From contig JAEEKO010000002.1 of the NCBI GenBank assembly GCA_016282415.1, forward strand, positions 1 to 40,557: a stretch of 40,557 nucleotides of DNA, in the 5' to 3' direction. This DNA is from Bacillales bacterium (GTDB lineage: Bacteria > Bacillota_I > Bacilli_A > RF39 > UBA660). Positions 25,820 to 34,589 of this stretch are shown piece after piece. A program made the translations under genes and the position numbers. A model generated the notes under the pieces. That model did no database searches. It saw only the letters and a program-made list of their open reading frames with translations, and was not told where the DNA came from. Numbering within the stretch: the first letter of the stretch is position 1; every line of letters starts with the position of its first letter.

Positions 25820-27291
25820 TATTGATACAACTTTCTAGGATCAAATGGTATGCCTCCTTGATATGGTCGTCCATTATAAGCACCAAAGTGTAAGTGCGTA
25901 CCAGTACACATACTACCAGAACATCCCATTGATCCAACACGTGTTCCAGCCGCAACAGCTTGACCTTTATCTACTAAACGTACTGACAAGTGTGCATACA
26001 TTGTATAGTATCCATTTTGATGATCAATGATAACAACATTACCACCAGTATTTTGCCAGTAAGATTCAGTAACAATACCAGCTCTAGCTGCATATATTGG
26101 TGATCCATAACCAGTACCACTAATATCAATACCTTCATGAATACGTCCACCACGATAACCATATGGACTAGTAATGATATATGGTGAATTAGTTGGCCAT
26201 TTCCAATCACCAGTTAAATCAATATAAGTACCTTGATTAGATGATACATAATTATACTTACGACCACGCGTTGTTACTTCGGTAACTGGTGCACGTAACT
26301 CTACCGAATTAATGATGATAGCCTTTTGAATTTCACCATTAATCATATGTACTTTTTGGGTATTTCGAGTAATACCATTAACACCTTTTTGAGTAATTTC
26401 TTTATAAGAAGAATTCTTACTATAGTCATATTTTGTTTCTTTTGAATAATATACCGTATTATCTTCAACTAAAGTTAAGTCATAAGTTAATGATAATACT
26501 GGATTAATTAAGGCGATAGAAACTTGTTCACCTACTGCAAGTAGTGATGTTTCATCACGTAAATTTAAATCCGCATTAGCAATTAAGAATTCTTGACTAT
26601 TTAACTTATTATCTTCAGCAATTGATGCAATCGTATCACCAACTTTAACAGTATACTTTTCAGCTTTAACATCATCACCAAATAATAAATAGTGAGTTAA
26701 GTCTTCAGTTTCAGTATAAATCTTATCCTTAACACTAATTAAAGTATCTTTAATCGTAATCGTTTCTTCAAAATATAAACTATCAATTATTTCACCAACA
26801 TCAACTATTTCTGGTTGCGTATCATTCAAATAATTAATATATTCATCATAATTAATGAAGGCTTTAATAATATTTTTAATACTATCTTCAAATATCTTTT
26901 TATCTAAAACATTGATGATAATTTCTTCGTCGCCTTTTTTAATAGTTACTTTATAACCACGAACTGTGAAGTTATCACCATTCTTAATATTATTATATAT
27001 CTCATCAGTAGTTACATAATTATCACTATAAGAAATATACTTGTTAACATTAAATCCCTTTGGAGGATATACTTTATCAACATTATATTCATTTTTAATT
27101 TCCTTTTGTTCTTTATCAATTAGTTTATATAAATCATCTTTGGATTCAATAAAACCTAACTCATTACCATCTAAGTATACTTTATAACCTGTTTTAGGAA
27201 TTTTATATACTCCTTTGGTAAAACCACAAAAAGCAATTAAAACTAGTACAATTATAATTAATGTAAACGGCACTAATTTAGATTGTTTCAT
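25819..27291 (-). CDS. Membrane-anchored M23 metallopeptidase with LysM and G5-like segments
   Basis: LysM-like YTVKVGDTIASIAEDNKLNSQEFLIANADL. M23 motifs HEGIDISG and GTHLHFG. N-terminal TM. Confidence 0.85.
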   Translation of the reverse strand: MKQSKLVPFTLIIIVLVLIAFCGFTKGVYKIPKTGYKVYLDGNELGFIESKDDLYKLIDKEQKEIKNEYNVDKVYPPKGFNVNKYISYSDNYVTTDEIYNNIKNGDNFTVRGYKVTIKKGDEEIIINVLDKKIFEDSIKNIIKAFINYDEYINYLNDTQPEIVDVGEIIDSLYFEETITIKDTLISVKDKIYTETEDLTHYLLFGDDVKAEKYTVKVGDTIASIAEDNKLNSQEFLIANADLNLRDETSLLAVGEQVSIALINPVLSLTYDLTLVEDNTVYYSKETKYDYSKNSSYKEITQKGVNGITRNTQKVHMINGEIQKAIIINSVELRAPVTEVTTRGRKYNYVSSNQGTYIDLTGDWKWPTNSPYIITSPYGYRGGRIHEGIDISGTGYGSPIYAARAGIVTESYWQNTGGNVVIIDHQNGYYTMYAHLSVRLVDKGQAVAAGTRVGSMGCSGSMCTGTHLHFGAYNGRPYQGGIPFDPRKLYQ

Positions 27292-27302
27292 TATCTCACC
27301 CT

Positions 27303-28646
27303 TTATTCTTCAGTACTTGCATAATTTTTGAAATGACTTATATTTAATTCAAATAACAAGTCGATTTTACCAGTACTTCCTTTACGATGTTTAGCAATAA
27401 TTAATTCAGCTGGAACAACTGATTCACGATCAAGTTGTCCTTTTGCTTGGAAGTAATCTTTACGATTAATAAATAATACAATATCCGCATCTTGTTCAAT
27501 AGAACCAGATTCACGTAAATCGGCTAACATTGGCTCATTATTTTCACGTTTTTCAGCAGAACGAGAAAGTTGTGCTAACGCAATTACTGGAACTTTTAAT
27601 TCCATTGCCATGGTTTTTAAACTACGTGAAATCTCTGATACTTCAACTTGTCTTGATTCAACACGTTTACCACCACTAGTTACTAATTGTAGGTAGTCGA
27701 TAATAACTAATCCTAAACCTTGTTCAGTATTAGCTAAACGACGACATTTAGCACGAATTTCTTGAGCAGTAACACCAGCATTGTCTTCAATATAAATATT
27801 GGTTTCAGCAAGTTGTGACATTGCTTCATTATATCGTTTCCAATCATTTTGTTGCATTTGACCAGTTTGTAATTTATGTCCATCAATATTACCAACAGAA
27901 CTAATCATACGATTAACTAATTGTTCAGCAGGCATTTCTAAGTTAAATACTGCAATTGCTTTGTTTGTAGTTCTACCAGCATGGGTTGCAATATTTAATG
28001 CAAATGCTGTTTTACCCATACCAGGACGAGCAGCAATAATAATTAATTCACCTGGATGGAACCCAGCAGTAGCATTATCTAGTTTATAAAAACCAGATTC
28101 AATACCCGTAATAGCACGATGATTATTAGCAAGTTCTTCTAATTGTTCTTGAGCTCTTCTTAACACTGTTGAAATTGATAAGAATTCTGATGCTTCTCTT
28201 GCTCTAACTACATTTAAAATTTGTTTTTCAGCACTATCAAGTAATTCCGTAACATTTTCTTCATCATCATAAGCATTCGTTACAATATTACTAGCCGTAT
28301 TAATTAAATTACGAATAGTTGCTTTTTCTTTAACAATTTTAATATAAAAATCAATATTACTTGGTGTTGCAACACTATCAATAACTTCCGAAATATATTC
28401 AACTCCACCAACAGCATTTAATAATTTCTTTTTATCTAATTCTTCTTTTAATGTTGTTACATCAATAGGTACATTATTATCATATAAACTTTTAATTGCT
28501 TCAAAAATATATTTATTTGCATCACTATAAAACATGTCACTTGTTAATTCTTCACATACTTTTTCCAAAGCATCCTTCGTTAAAAAAGTAACACCTAATA
28601 CACTCATTTCTGCTTCTAAGTTTTGAGGCATTTTTCTTACTGCCAT
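27303..28646 (-). CDS. dnaB: Replicative DNA helicase
   Basis: PQNLEAEMSVLG N-terminus, Walker A ARPGMGKTAF, IIDYLQL, SRSLK, QLSR motifs. Start moved to ATG 28646 behind AGGTGA; the track start is GTG abutting the rplI stop. Confidence 0.93.
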   Translation of the reverse strand: MAVRKMPQNLEAEMSVLGVTFLTKDALEKVCEELTSDMFYSDANKYIFEAIKSLYDNNVPIDVTTLKEELDKKKLLNAVGGVEYISEVIDSVATPSNIDFYIKIVKEKATIRNLINTASNIVTNAYDDEENVTELLDSAEKQILNVVRAREASEFLSISTVLRRAQEQLEELANNHRAITGIESGFYKLDNATAGFHPGELIIIAARPGMGKTAFALNIATHAGRTTNKAIAVFNLEMPAEQLVNRMISSVGNIDGHKLQTGQMQQNDWKRYNEAMSQLAETNIYIEDNAGVTAQEIRAKCRRLANTEQGLGLVIIDYLQLVTSGGKRVESRQVEVSEISRSLKTMAMELKVPVIALAQLSRSAEKRENNEPMLADLRESGSIEQDADIVLFINRKDYFQAKGQLDRESVVPAELIIAKHRKGSTGKIDLLFELNISHFKNYASTEE

Positions 28647-28655
28647 ATCAATCAC

Positions 28656-29096
28656 CTATTTTTCTAACATTACTTTTAATTTAGCACACACTTTCTTATG
28701 TAGATTAATATCTACATTATGAACCCCTAGCGAATTAATTCCTTCATTTATATTAATTAATTTTTTATCAACATTAATATTTATTTTCTTTAACTCTTCG
28801 CATATTTGTTTTGAAGATATATTACCAAACACTTTATCATTAGCACCAGTCTTTACTTTAATCTTTAAAGTAATTGCTTCAATTTTCTTTTTAAGTGCTT
28901 CACATTCTTTGATAAACTCTTCTTCTTTTAATGCACGATCTTTTAATTCATTATCAAGAATTTCACTACTTTTTTTAGTATACATAACGGCAAGTTTATT
29001 TTTAATTAAGAAGTTATTAGCATAACCATCACTAACTTCAATAATGTCATCTTTCTTACCTTGCTTTTTGACATCTTGTAATAAAATAACTTTCAT
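28656..29096 (-). CDS. rplI: 50S ribosomal protein L9
   Basis: [36 protein letters not shown] is a canonical L9 N-domain. Located upstream of dnaB. Confidence 0.92.
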   Translation of the reverse strand: MKVILLQDVKKQGKKDDIIEVSDGYANNFLIKNKLAVMYTKKSSEILDNELKDRALKEEEFIKECEALKKKIEAITLKIKVKTGANDKVFGNISSKQICEELKKININVDKKLININEGINSLGVHNVDINLHKKVCAKLKVMLEK

Positions 29097-29142
29097 AACA
29101 ACAACCTCCCAAAGCTAAAATTATTATATCATATTCAAACTT

Positions 29143-29180
29143 TAAAAAAAAGCAAAATAACGAACAATCTTGTTCGTTAT
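29143..29180 (-). terminator. uvrB terminator overlapping the stop codon
   Basis: Stem ATAACGAACA / TGTTCGTTAT, followed by TTTGCTTTTTTTT on the minus strand. Confidence 0.65.
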
Positions 29181-31126
29181 TTCTTCATTTCAAAGATAAT
29201 ATCACGAAGTTCCATCGCACGTTCAAAATCCATTTTACGAGCAGCTTCCTTCATTTCTTCATATAATTCATCAATTAACTTAGTTTGTTCTTTCTTTGTT
29301 AACTTCTTATCATCGTTATCTGCTTTAACATTGTTACTAATAACCTCAGTAATCTTCTTATTAATCGTATGTGGTACAATTCCATGTTCCTGATTAAATG
29401 CTTCTTGGATAGTTCTTCTTCGTTTAGTTTCTTTAATGGCATAATCCATCGCATCACTAATCGTATCGGCATACATAATTACATGACCATTTTCATTACG
29501 AGCCGTACGTCCAATCGTTTGAATTAAACTGCGTCCACTTCTTAAGAAACCTTGCTTATCAGCATCTAAAATACAAATTAAACTAACTTCCGGAATATCA
29601 ATTCCTTCACGTAATAAGTTAATACCAACAACACAATCGTATTTACCAACACGTAAATCATGTATAATTTGTAAACGCTCTAAGGTTTTAATCTCACTAT
29701 GAAGATAAGCAACATTAATATTATGATCTTTTAAGTATGCTGTTAATTCTTCACTCATACGGATTGTTAAAGTTGTAATTAAAACCCGTTCGTTACGTTC
29801 TTTACGTATTAAAATTTGTTCAATAATATCATCGATTTGACCAAGAGTTGGTTTGACTTCAATCGTTGGATCAAGTAATCCCGTTGGTCTAATAACTTGT
29901 TCAATTGGTTTATTTACATGACTTAACTCATAATCCCCAGGAGTTGCTGATACATAAATAACTTGATTAATTTTATCTTCAAATTCCTCAAATTTTAATG
30001 GACGATTATCTAAAGCACTTGGTAATCTAAAGCCATAATCAACAAGGGTTTGTTTACGAGCACGGTCACCATTATACATTCCTCCAATTTGTGGAATAGT
30101 AACATGTGATTCATCAATAATTAGTAAGAAATCATCAGGGAAGAAATCAATTAAACAAGTTGGCGTTTCACCTTCCCCACGAAGTGCTAAATGACGAGAA
30201 TAGTTTTCAACCCCATTACAGAATCCCGTTTCTCTTAACATCTCCAAATCATAATTAGTACGTTCTTTTAAACGTTGTGCTTCTAATAATTTATTTTCAC
30301 TTTCAAGGACAGCTAAACGTTCTTTTAATTCTTCTTCAATACGGCGAATAGCTTCATTTAATTTATCTTTATCCGTAACAAAATGACTTGCTGGGAAAAT
30401 AGTAATATTCTTAACATGATTAATTAAACTACCAGTTAATGGATCAAACAAACTAATTCGTTCAATTTCATCACCAAACAATTCTATTTTAATCCCATGA
30501 CTACGTTCATTAATTGGGATAATATCAATAATATCACCACGAACTCTAAAAGTTCCACGATGAAAATCAATATCATTACGTTCATAGGTCATATCGATTA
30601 ATTGATTAATAATTTGATTTCGACTAATCGCTTGCCCCTCACTTAAAATAAGTAGATTTTTAACATAATCTTCTTTTTCCCCAATACCATAGATACAAGA
30701 TACTGATGCAACCACAATTACATCGCGATTATTAATTAAAGCACTAGTTGCACCATGTCTTAATTCGTCAATTTCATCATTAATTGAGGCATCCTTTTCA
30801 ATATAAGTATCACTTGAAGGAACATAAGCTTCCGGTTGATAATAATCATAATAAGATACAAAATATTCAACATGATTATTCGGAAATAATTCCTTAAACT
30901 CACTATATAACTGACCCGCTAAGGTTTTATTGTGAGCTAGAACTAAAGTAGGTTTATTAACACTTTTAATAACATTAGCCATAGTAAAAGTTTTACCAGT
31001 ACCAGTAGCACCCAGTAAAACTTGTTCTTTAACTCCACTATTAATACCATCTACTAATTTATTAATTGCATCTGGTTGATCACCACTTGGTTTATAATTT
31101 GATATTAATTCAAAATTATTATTCAT
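29177..31126 (-). CDS. uvrB: Excinuclease ABC subunit B
   Basis: [25 protein letters not shown], beta-hairpin region and C-terminal UVR domain ([13 protein letters not shown]). Confidence 0.96.
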   Translation of the reverse strand: MNNNFELISNYKPSGDQPDAINKLVDGINSGVKEQVLLGATGTGKTFTMANVIKSVNKPTLVLAHNKTLAGQLYSEFKELFPNNHVEYFVSYYDYYQPEAYVPSSDTYIEKDASINDEIDELRHGATSALINNRDVIVVASVSCIYGIGEKEDYVKNLLILSEGQAISRNQIINQLIDMTYERNDIDFHRGTFRVRGDIIDIIPINERSHGIKIELFGDEIERISLFDPLTGSLINHVKNITIFPASHFVTDKDKLNEAIRRIEEELKERLAVLESENKLLEAQRLKERTNYDLEMLRETGFCNGVENYSRHLALRGEGETPTCLIDFFPDDFLLIIDESHVTIPQIGGMYNGDRARKQTLVDYGFRLPSALDNRPLKFEEFEDKINQVIYVSATPGDYELSHVNKPIEQVIRPTGLLDPTIEVKPTLGQIDDIIEQILIRKERNERVLITTLTIRMSEELTAYLKDHNINVAYLHSEIKTLERLQIIHDLRVGKYDCVVGINLLREGIDIPEVSLICILDADKQGFLRSGRSLIQTIGRTARNENGHVIMYADTISDAMDYAIKETKRRRTIQEAFNQEHGIVPHTINKKITEVISNNVKADNDDKKLTKKEQTKLIDELYEEMKEAARKMDFERAMELRDIIFEMKK

Positions 31127-31135
31127 ATAAACCTC

Positions 31136-32044
31136 CTACTTTTTATTATTAGTATTACCTCTTTTAGTATAAATTAGTACTTGTTGTTGGTCAACTGCAT
31201 GATAGCCAGTAATATCAATTGCTTCCAAATTATATTTACTTTCAATATGTTCTAACGATCCTTTAAAACCAGGAGCAAATAAATAACAAATTAAAGCTTT
31301 ACCATTATCACGTGTACAATTAACTACTTTTTGTGTAATATGATTACATTCAAACAACGATAAATATTCTAAAACATTTGATAACCAAATATTATCATAG
31401 TAATAACGTGCATTATATTGCATTAAATTGCTGCAGTTAAAGAATGGATCTTTATCTTTAATCTTTTCGCGAGCATTTTTATATTCCTTATTACTACTTA
31501 AATAAGTAATACATTTTCTCTTTTCATCATCTGTTAATTCTTGGAAGGTAAAGAACATCTTTTCAAATATTTCTTTGCCACTAAACGAATCATACAATTT
31601 TGTCCAAAAAACATAAGCATCATTATTTAGACTTTTTAAACATGGTTTAATTTTTTCAAACAAATTAACGGATAATATATCGCTATTAGTTCCATTTGTA
31701 GCTTTATAACCAGTACGATTATAACTTAAATAATTTAAATAATCATCTAAAGTTAGAGTTAATAAAGCCGCTTTCTTTAAATAAAAATAGTATTTAGTAA
31801 AATAGTTAATATCAACTACCCTGACTTTACTAGCACCAGCAGCATATGCTTCAATAACTTGATCACATGATGATCCTACCGTTAATAATGACTTATTATT
31901 TAAATCAAAAAATGACTTGTAAAGAGCAATTGCTTCTGTAGCAAAATTATATAAATAGCTAAAATCAAATTCGTTAACTTGAATTGGAATAATTTCACCA
32001 TTACATTTTTTTAAAGCAATATCTAAAGCTTTTTTCACTTCCAT
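31136..32044 (-). CDS. SAM-dependent methyltransferase-fold protein, DUF3419/BtaA-like (tentative)
   Basis: SLLTVGSSCDQVIEAYAAGASKVRVVDINYFTKYYFYLKKAALLTL resembles the SxGCN...DxN...LK pattern of that family. Its TAG is immediately followed by the uvrB GGAGG RBS. Confidence 0.45.
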   Translation of the reverse strand: MEVKKALDIALKKCNGEIIPIQVNEFDFSYLYNFATEAIALYKSFFDLNNKSLLTVGSSCDQVIEAYAAGASKVRVVDINYFTKYYFYLKKAALLTLTLDDYLNYLSYNRTGYKATNGTNSDILSVNLFEKIKPCLKSLNNDAYVFWTKLYDSFSGKEIFEKMFFTFQELTDDEKRKCITYLSSNKEYKNAREKIKDKDPFFNCSNLMQYNARYYYDNIWLSNVLEYLSLFECNHITQKVVNCTRDNGKALICYLFAPGFKGSLEHIESKYNLEAIDITGYHAVDQQQVLIYTKRGNTNNKK

Positions 32045-32069
32045 ACCAACACCCCTGAAATTGTCTTAT

Positions 32070-32098
32070 ATAATACCAAAAAATCTTCAAAATTTCAA
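32070..32098 (-). promoter_or_regulatory. Promoter of the methyltransferase-like/uvrB operon
   Basis: TTGAAA (32098..32093), 17-nt spacer, TGG-TATTAT (-10 at 32075..32070). Confidence 0.45.
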
Positions 32099-32137
32099 GG
32101 TCCTAATATTTAAACCAGTAAACAATCACCCATATCA

Positions 32138-32165
32138 ATCGTATTATTAAAAAAACAAGGATAAT
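32138..32165 (-). terminator. Terminator after the thioredoxin-like gene
   Basis: Stem AAAACAAGGA / TCCTTGTTTT with loop TAAT and a T-run on the minus strand. Confidence 0.65.
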
Positions 32166-32173
32166 TCCTTGTT

Positions 32174-32650
32174 TTATAATTCAATATATTTTTCAAACCA
32201 AGTTTGTAATGTACTACTATCTTTGTAATATTGTAAGTCTTCATCACTTTGAGCATCTAAGTAAGCTTTTAATTTACCTTTTTTGAAAATCATCATTGAT
32301 GGAGCATATTTAACTTCGTCTTTTAAATCAGTTTGACTAAATTCCTTATATTCAATACGATAAACTGTTATTTTATTTTTAACAACAAAATCAACAGCTT
32401 TTGAACCAAATACAACACATGAAGTACAACCATCTAAAGTTAAATATAAAATGAAATTTTCTTTCTTATCAACTAATTCTTCATAGCGATCATGTTTAAT
32501 ATCAATAATTGACATATTTTCATAATACTTTTCTTCTAATCTAAATGGTTTATTATTAATTGCTTTAATTCCGAAGAATAAACCACAACCGCCAATAATA
32601 ACTACTAGCAATACAACGACTACTACTATTCCTAATACTTTCTTATTCAT
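32174..32650 (-). CDS. Membrane-anchored thioredoxin-fold protein with CxxC (CTSC)
   Basis: N-terminal TM. ILYLTLDGCTSCVVFG active-site-like motif. The overall layout resembles streptococcal bacteriocin-accessory thioredoxins. Confidence 0.6.
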   Translation of the reverse strand: MNKKVLGIVVVVVLLVVIIGGCGLFFGIKAINNKPFRLEEKYYENMSIIDIKHDRYEELVDKKENFILYLTLDGCTSCVVFGSKAVDFVVKNKITVYRIEYKEFSQTDLKDEVKYAPSMMIFKKGKLKAYLDAQSDEDLQYYKDSSTLQTWFEKYIEL

Positions 32651-33306
32651 TATTTAACCTCCGTTAATGTTTTGAAATCAATATTATGATATGGAACTTT
32701 CCAAAAATCATAAGTTCCTTTATCATTCTTAACTTCTACTTTATTCTTACCTTCATAATACCAAAAACCACCAACATTGTAAATATTATTCTCATCCCAA
32801 CCTAATGAAACTAATAAACCTTTTGTCATGCCGGCATAACCACCGCCACCACACATCAAGAAAATGTTTTTATCTTTAGGAAATAAGTATTCTAAAATTG
32901 CCATTGATTCTTCATACATTGGTTGATATTTACCATTACGATCCATTTTAAATAAAGTTTTACCAGCGTAAGTATTTCCTACTGCTTCTGGTAAGCCCGT
33001 AACTTCAATTAAGTATGGTAATGGTACAATTTCAAAGCCATTAACAAATCCGGATAAATAACGATCACCACCAATTTTTTCATAACTAGCAGGATCTTCT
33101 AACATTCTCATATCACGATAAACACTATCAGTTCTTCCTAAATATTTATCAATTGTTTCTTCGTTGATATTCTTATCAATACCAAGTTCTCCCCTTTGAC
33201 CTCCAGTAACTTCTGGTTTAGGTAAATCACTTACTTTCTTATTAGTACATCCTACTAATAATAATGAGACTACAATAAGTAGTAAAATATATTTTGTTTT
33301 CTTCAT
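32650..33306 (-). CDS. Rhodanese-like lipoprotein
   Basis: Lipobox LLLVG-C. Rhodanese-like C-terminal pattern IFLMCGGGGYAGMTKGLLVSLGWDENNIYNVGGFWYY. TAATG overlap with the thioredoxin-like gene. Confidence 0.5.
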   Translation of the reverse strand: MKKTKYILLLIVVSLLLVGCTNKKVSDLPKPEVTGGQRGELGIDKNINEETIDKYLGRTDSVYRDMRMLEDPASYEKIGGDRYLSGFVNGFEIVPLPYLIEVTGLPEAVGNTYAGKTLFKMDRNGKYQPMYEESMAILEYLFPKDKNIFLMCGGGGYAGMTKGLLVSLGWDENNIYNVGGFWYYEGKNKVEVKNDKGTYDFWKVPYHNIDFKTLTEVK

Positions 33307-33339
33307 CTTACACCACCATATATTAATTATATCGTTCCA

Positions 33340-33375
33340 TAAAAAAAATTACAAGTAATTAATAAGCTTGTAATT
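33340..33375 (-). terminator. Terminator overlapping the end of the 116-aa secreted protein gene
   Basis: Stem AATTACAAG / CTTGTAATT with an 11-nt loop, then T8 on the minus strand. Confidence 0.55.
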
Positions 33376-33709
33376 CATTAACAACACTTTCTAATTCATC
33401 TGGTGTCACATTATTAATAACTGTCGTCATTATTTCTTGTAAATCATTATTATCTAAACATATATCATTAAAAAAGTAACTAGTTTTATTTTCACTACAA
33501 GGATAGTTACCAAGATCGATTTCCGTACCAACCTTTTTACTTAATGAATTAGTACGATTTTGAAATGTATCTTCATCAACTTCCCTAATTTCAAAATTAT
33601 GCCCAAATACTTTTTCTTTAAAATCACTAACACTTAACCCATAAGTATCACTACTATTTAAGATAACCGCCCCTATTATTACTATTAATAAAAAAATAAT
33701 TCTTTTCAT
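33359..33709 (-). CDS. Small secreted protein (116 aa from Met12 of the track ORF)
   Basis: MKRIIFLLIVIIGAVILNSSDTYG signal peptide behind GAGGTGG. Confidence 0.55.
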   Translation of the reverse strand: MKRIIFLLIVIIGAVILNSSDTYGLSVSDFKEKVFGHNFEIREVDEDTFQNRTNSLSKKVGTEIDLGNYPCSENKTSYFFNDICLDNNDLQEIMTTVINNVTPDELESVVNELQAY

Positions 33710-33831
33710 AGCCACCTCAAACTTGCTACTTATTATATACAAAAATAACGAAATTACAAGTTTTTTTATTGCTTAATAAAAATTATTATTTTATAATAAA
33801 AAACAATTACATTTTACAAGGAGAAATTAAT

Positions 33832-34578
33832 ATGCGTTTAATTAAGATTGACGAAAAGAAAAACAAAGTCTATGTTTATAATGTTAAAGCTAACGTTGAA
33901 AAACTAGATGAATTAAGAGATGAAATTGCTATTAATTGTGGTATGATTACAAGCTTTTTTAAATATAGAAAGCATAATCCTGAAAAACCTATTGATAAAA
34001 GAGTAATTATCGATACTTATGAATATGAAGGCGAATTTGAAAGCATTGAAAATGGAATCCATGATAGCGGTGTACTATATACATGGAAAGGATTCCGATT
34101 TGCGTCTACAGATTTAACAAAGGATATTGCTGCTTTTACTGCTATGTATAAAAATAAACCAGTTCATTTTTATGAAGATGATATTGAATTATTATTAGCA
34201 CTAAGTGGAAATAAAGAATATCCAACAAAAGAAGAAATTGAAAAGAAAAATAATGATAAATTAAAAAATAGATATAAAACAATTCATGATACAATTGATT
34301 TTTACAATTTTGAAGAAAAAGAAGTGACTAAAGAAAAACTTATTGATTCAATGCTATCTAGTGATATAGATAATATGCATGAATTAATTAAAGCAAATAA
34401 AAAAGCTGATGAACTAAGAGTGTTAAAAGATCAAAACGATTATATTAAAGAAGTAGCTAAATTAATTAGTTTTAAATGTATTAATAGTATGGACTTAGAT
34501 ACATATAAAGCTGCAATTAATTTAAGTGAAGGTGGATATCGTCTTAAACCAAAGAATAATAAAAACAAGACTAGTTAG
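33832..34578 (+). CDS. Hypothetical cytoplasmic protein, 248 aa
   Basis: ATG 33832 behind AAGGAG (8-nt spacer). The upstream part of the track ORF is AT-rich leader sequence. Confidence 0.6.
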   Translation: MRLIKIDEKKNKVYVYNVKANVEKLDELRDEIAINCGMITSFFKYRKHNPEKPIDKRVIIDTYEYEGEFESIENGIHDSGVLYTWKGFRFASTDLTKDIAAFTAMYKNKPVHFYEDDIELLLALSGNKEYPTKEEIEKKNNDKLKNRYKTIHDTIDFYNFEEKEVTKEKLIDSMLSSDIDNMHELIKANKKADELRVLKDQNDYIKEVAKLISFKCINSMDLDTYKAAINLSEGGYRLKPKNNKNKTS

Positions 34579-34589
34579 TCTTGTTTTTT
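34561..34589. terminator. Bidirectional terminator containing both convergent stop codons
   Basis: AAAAACAAGACTA-GT-TAGTCTTGTTTTT. TAG (34576..34578, + gene) and TAA (34577..34575, - gene) overlap inside the stem apex. Confidence 0.75.
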
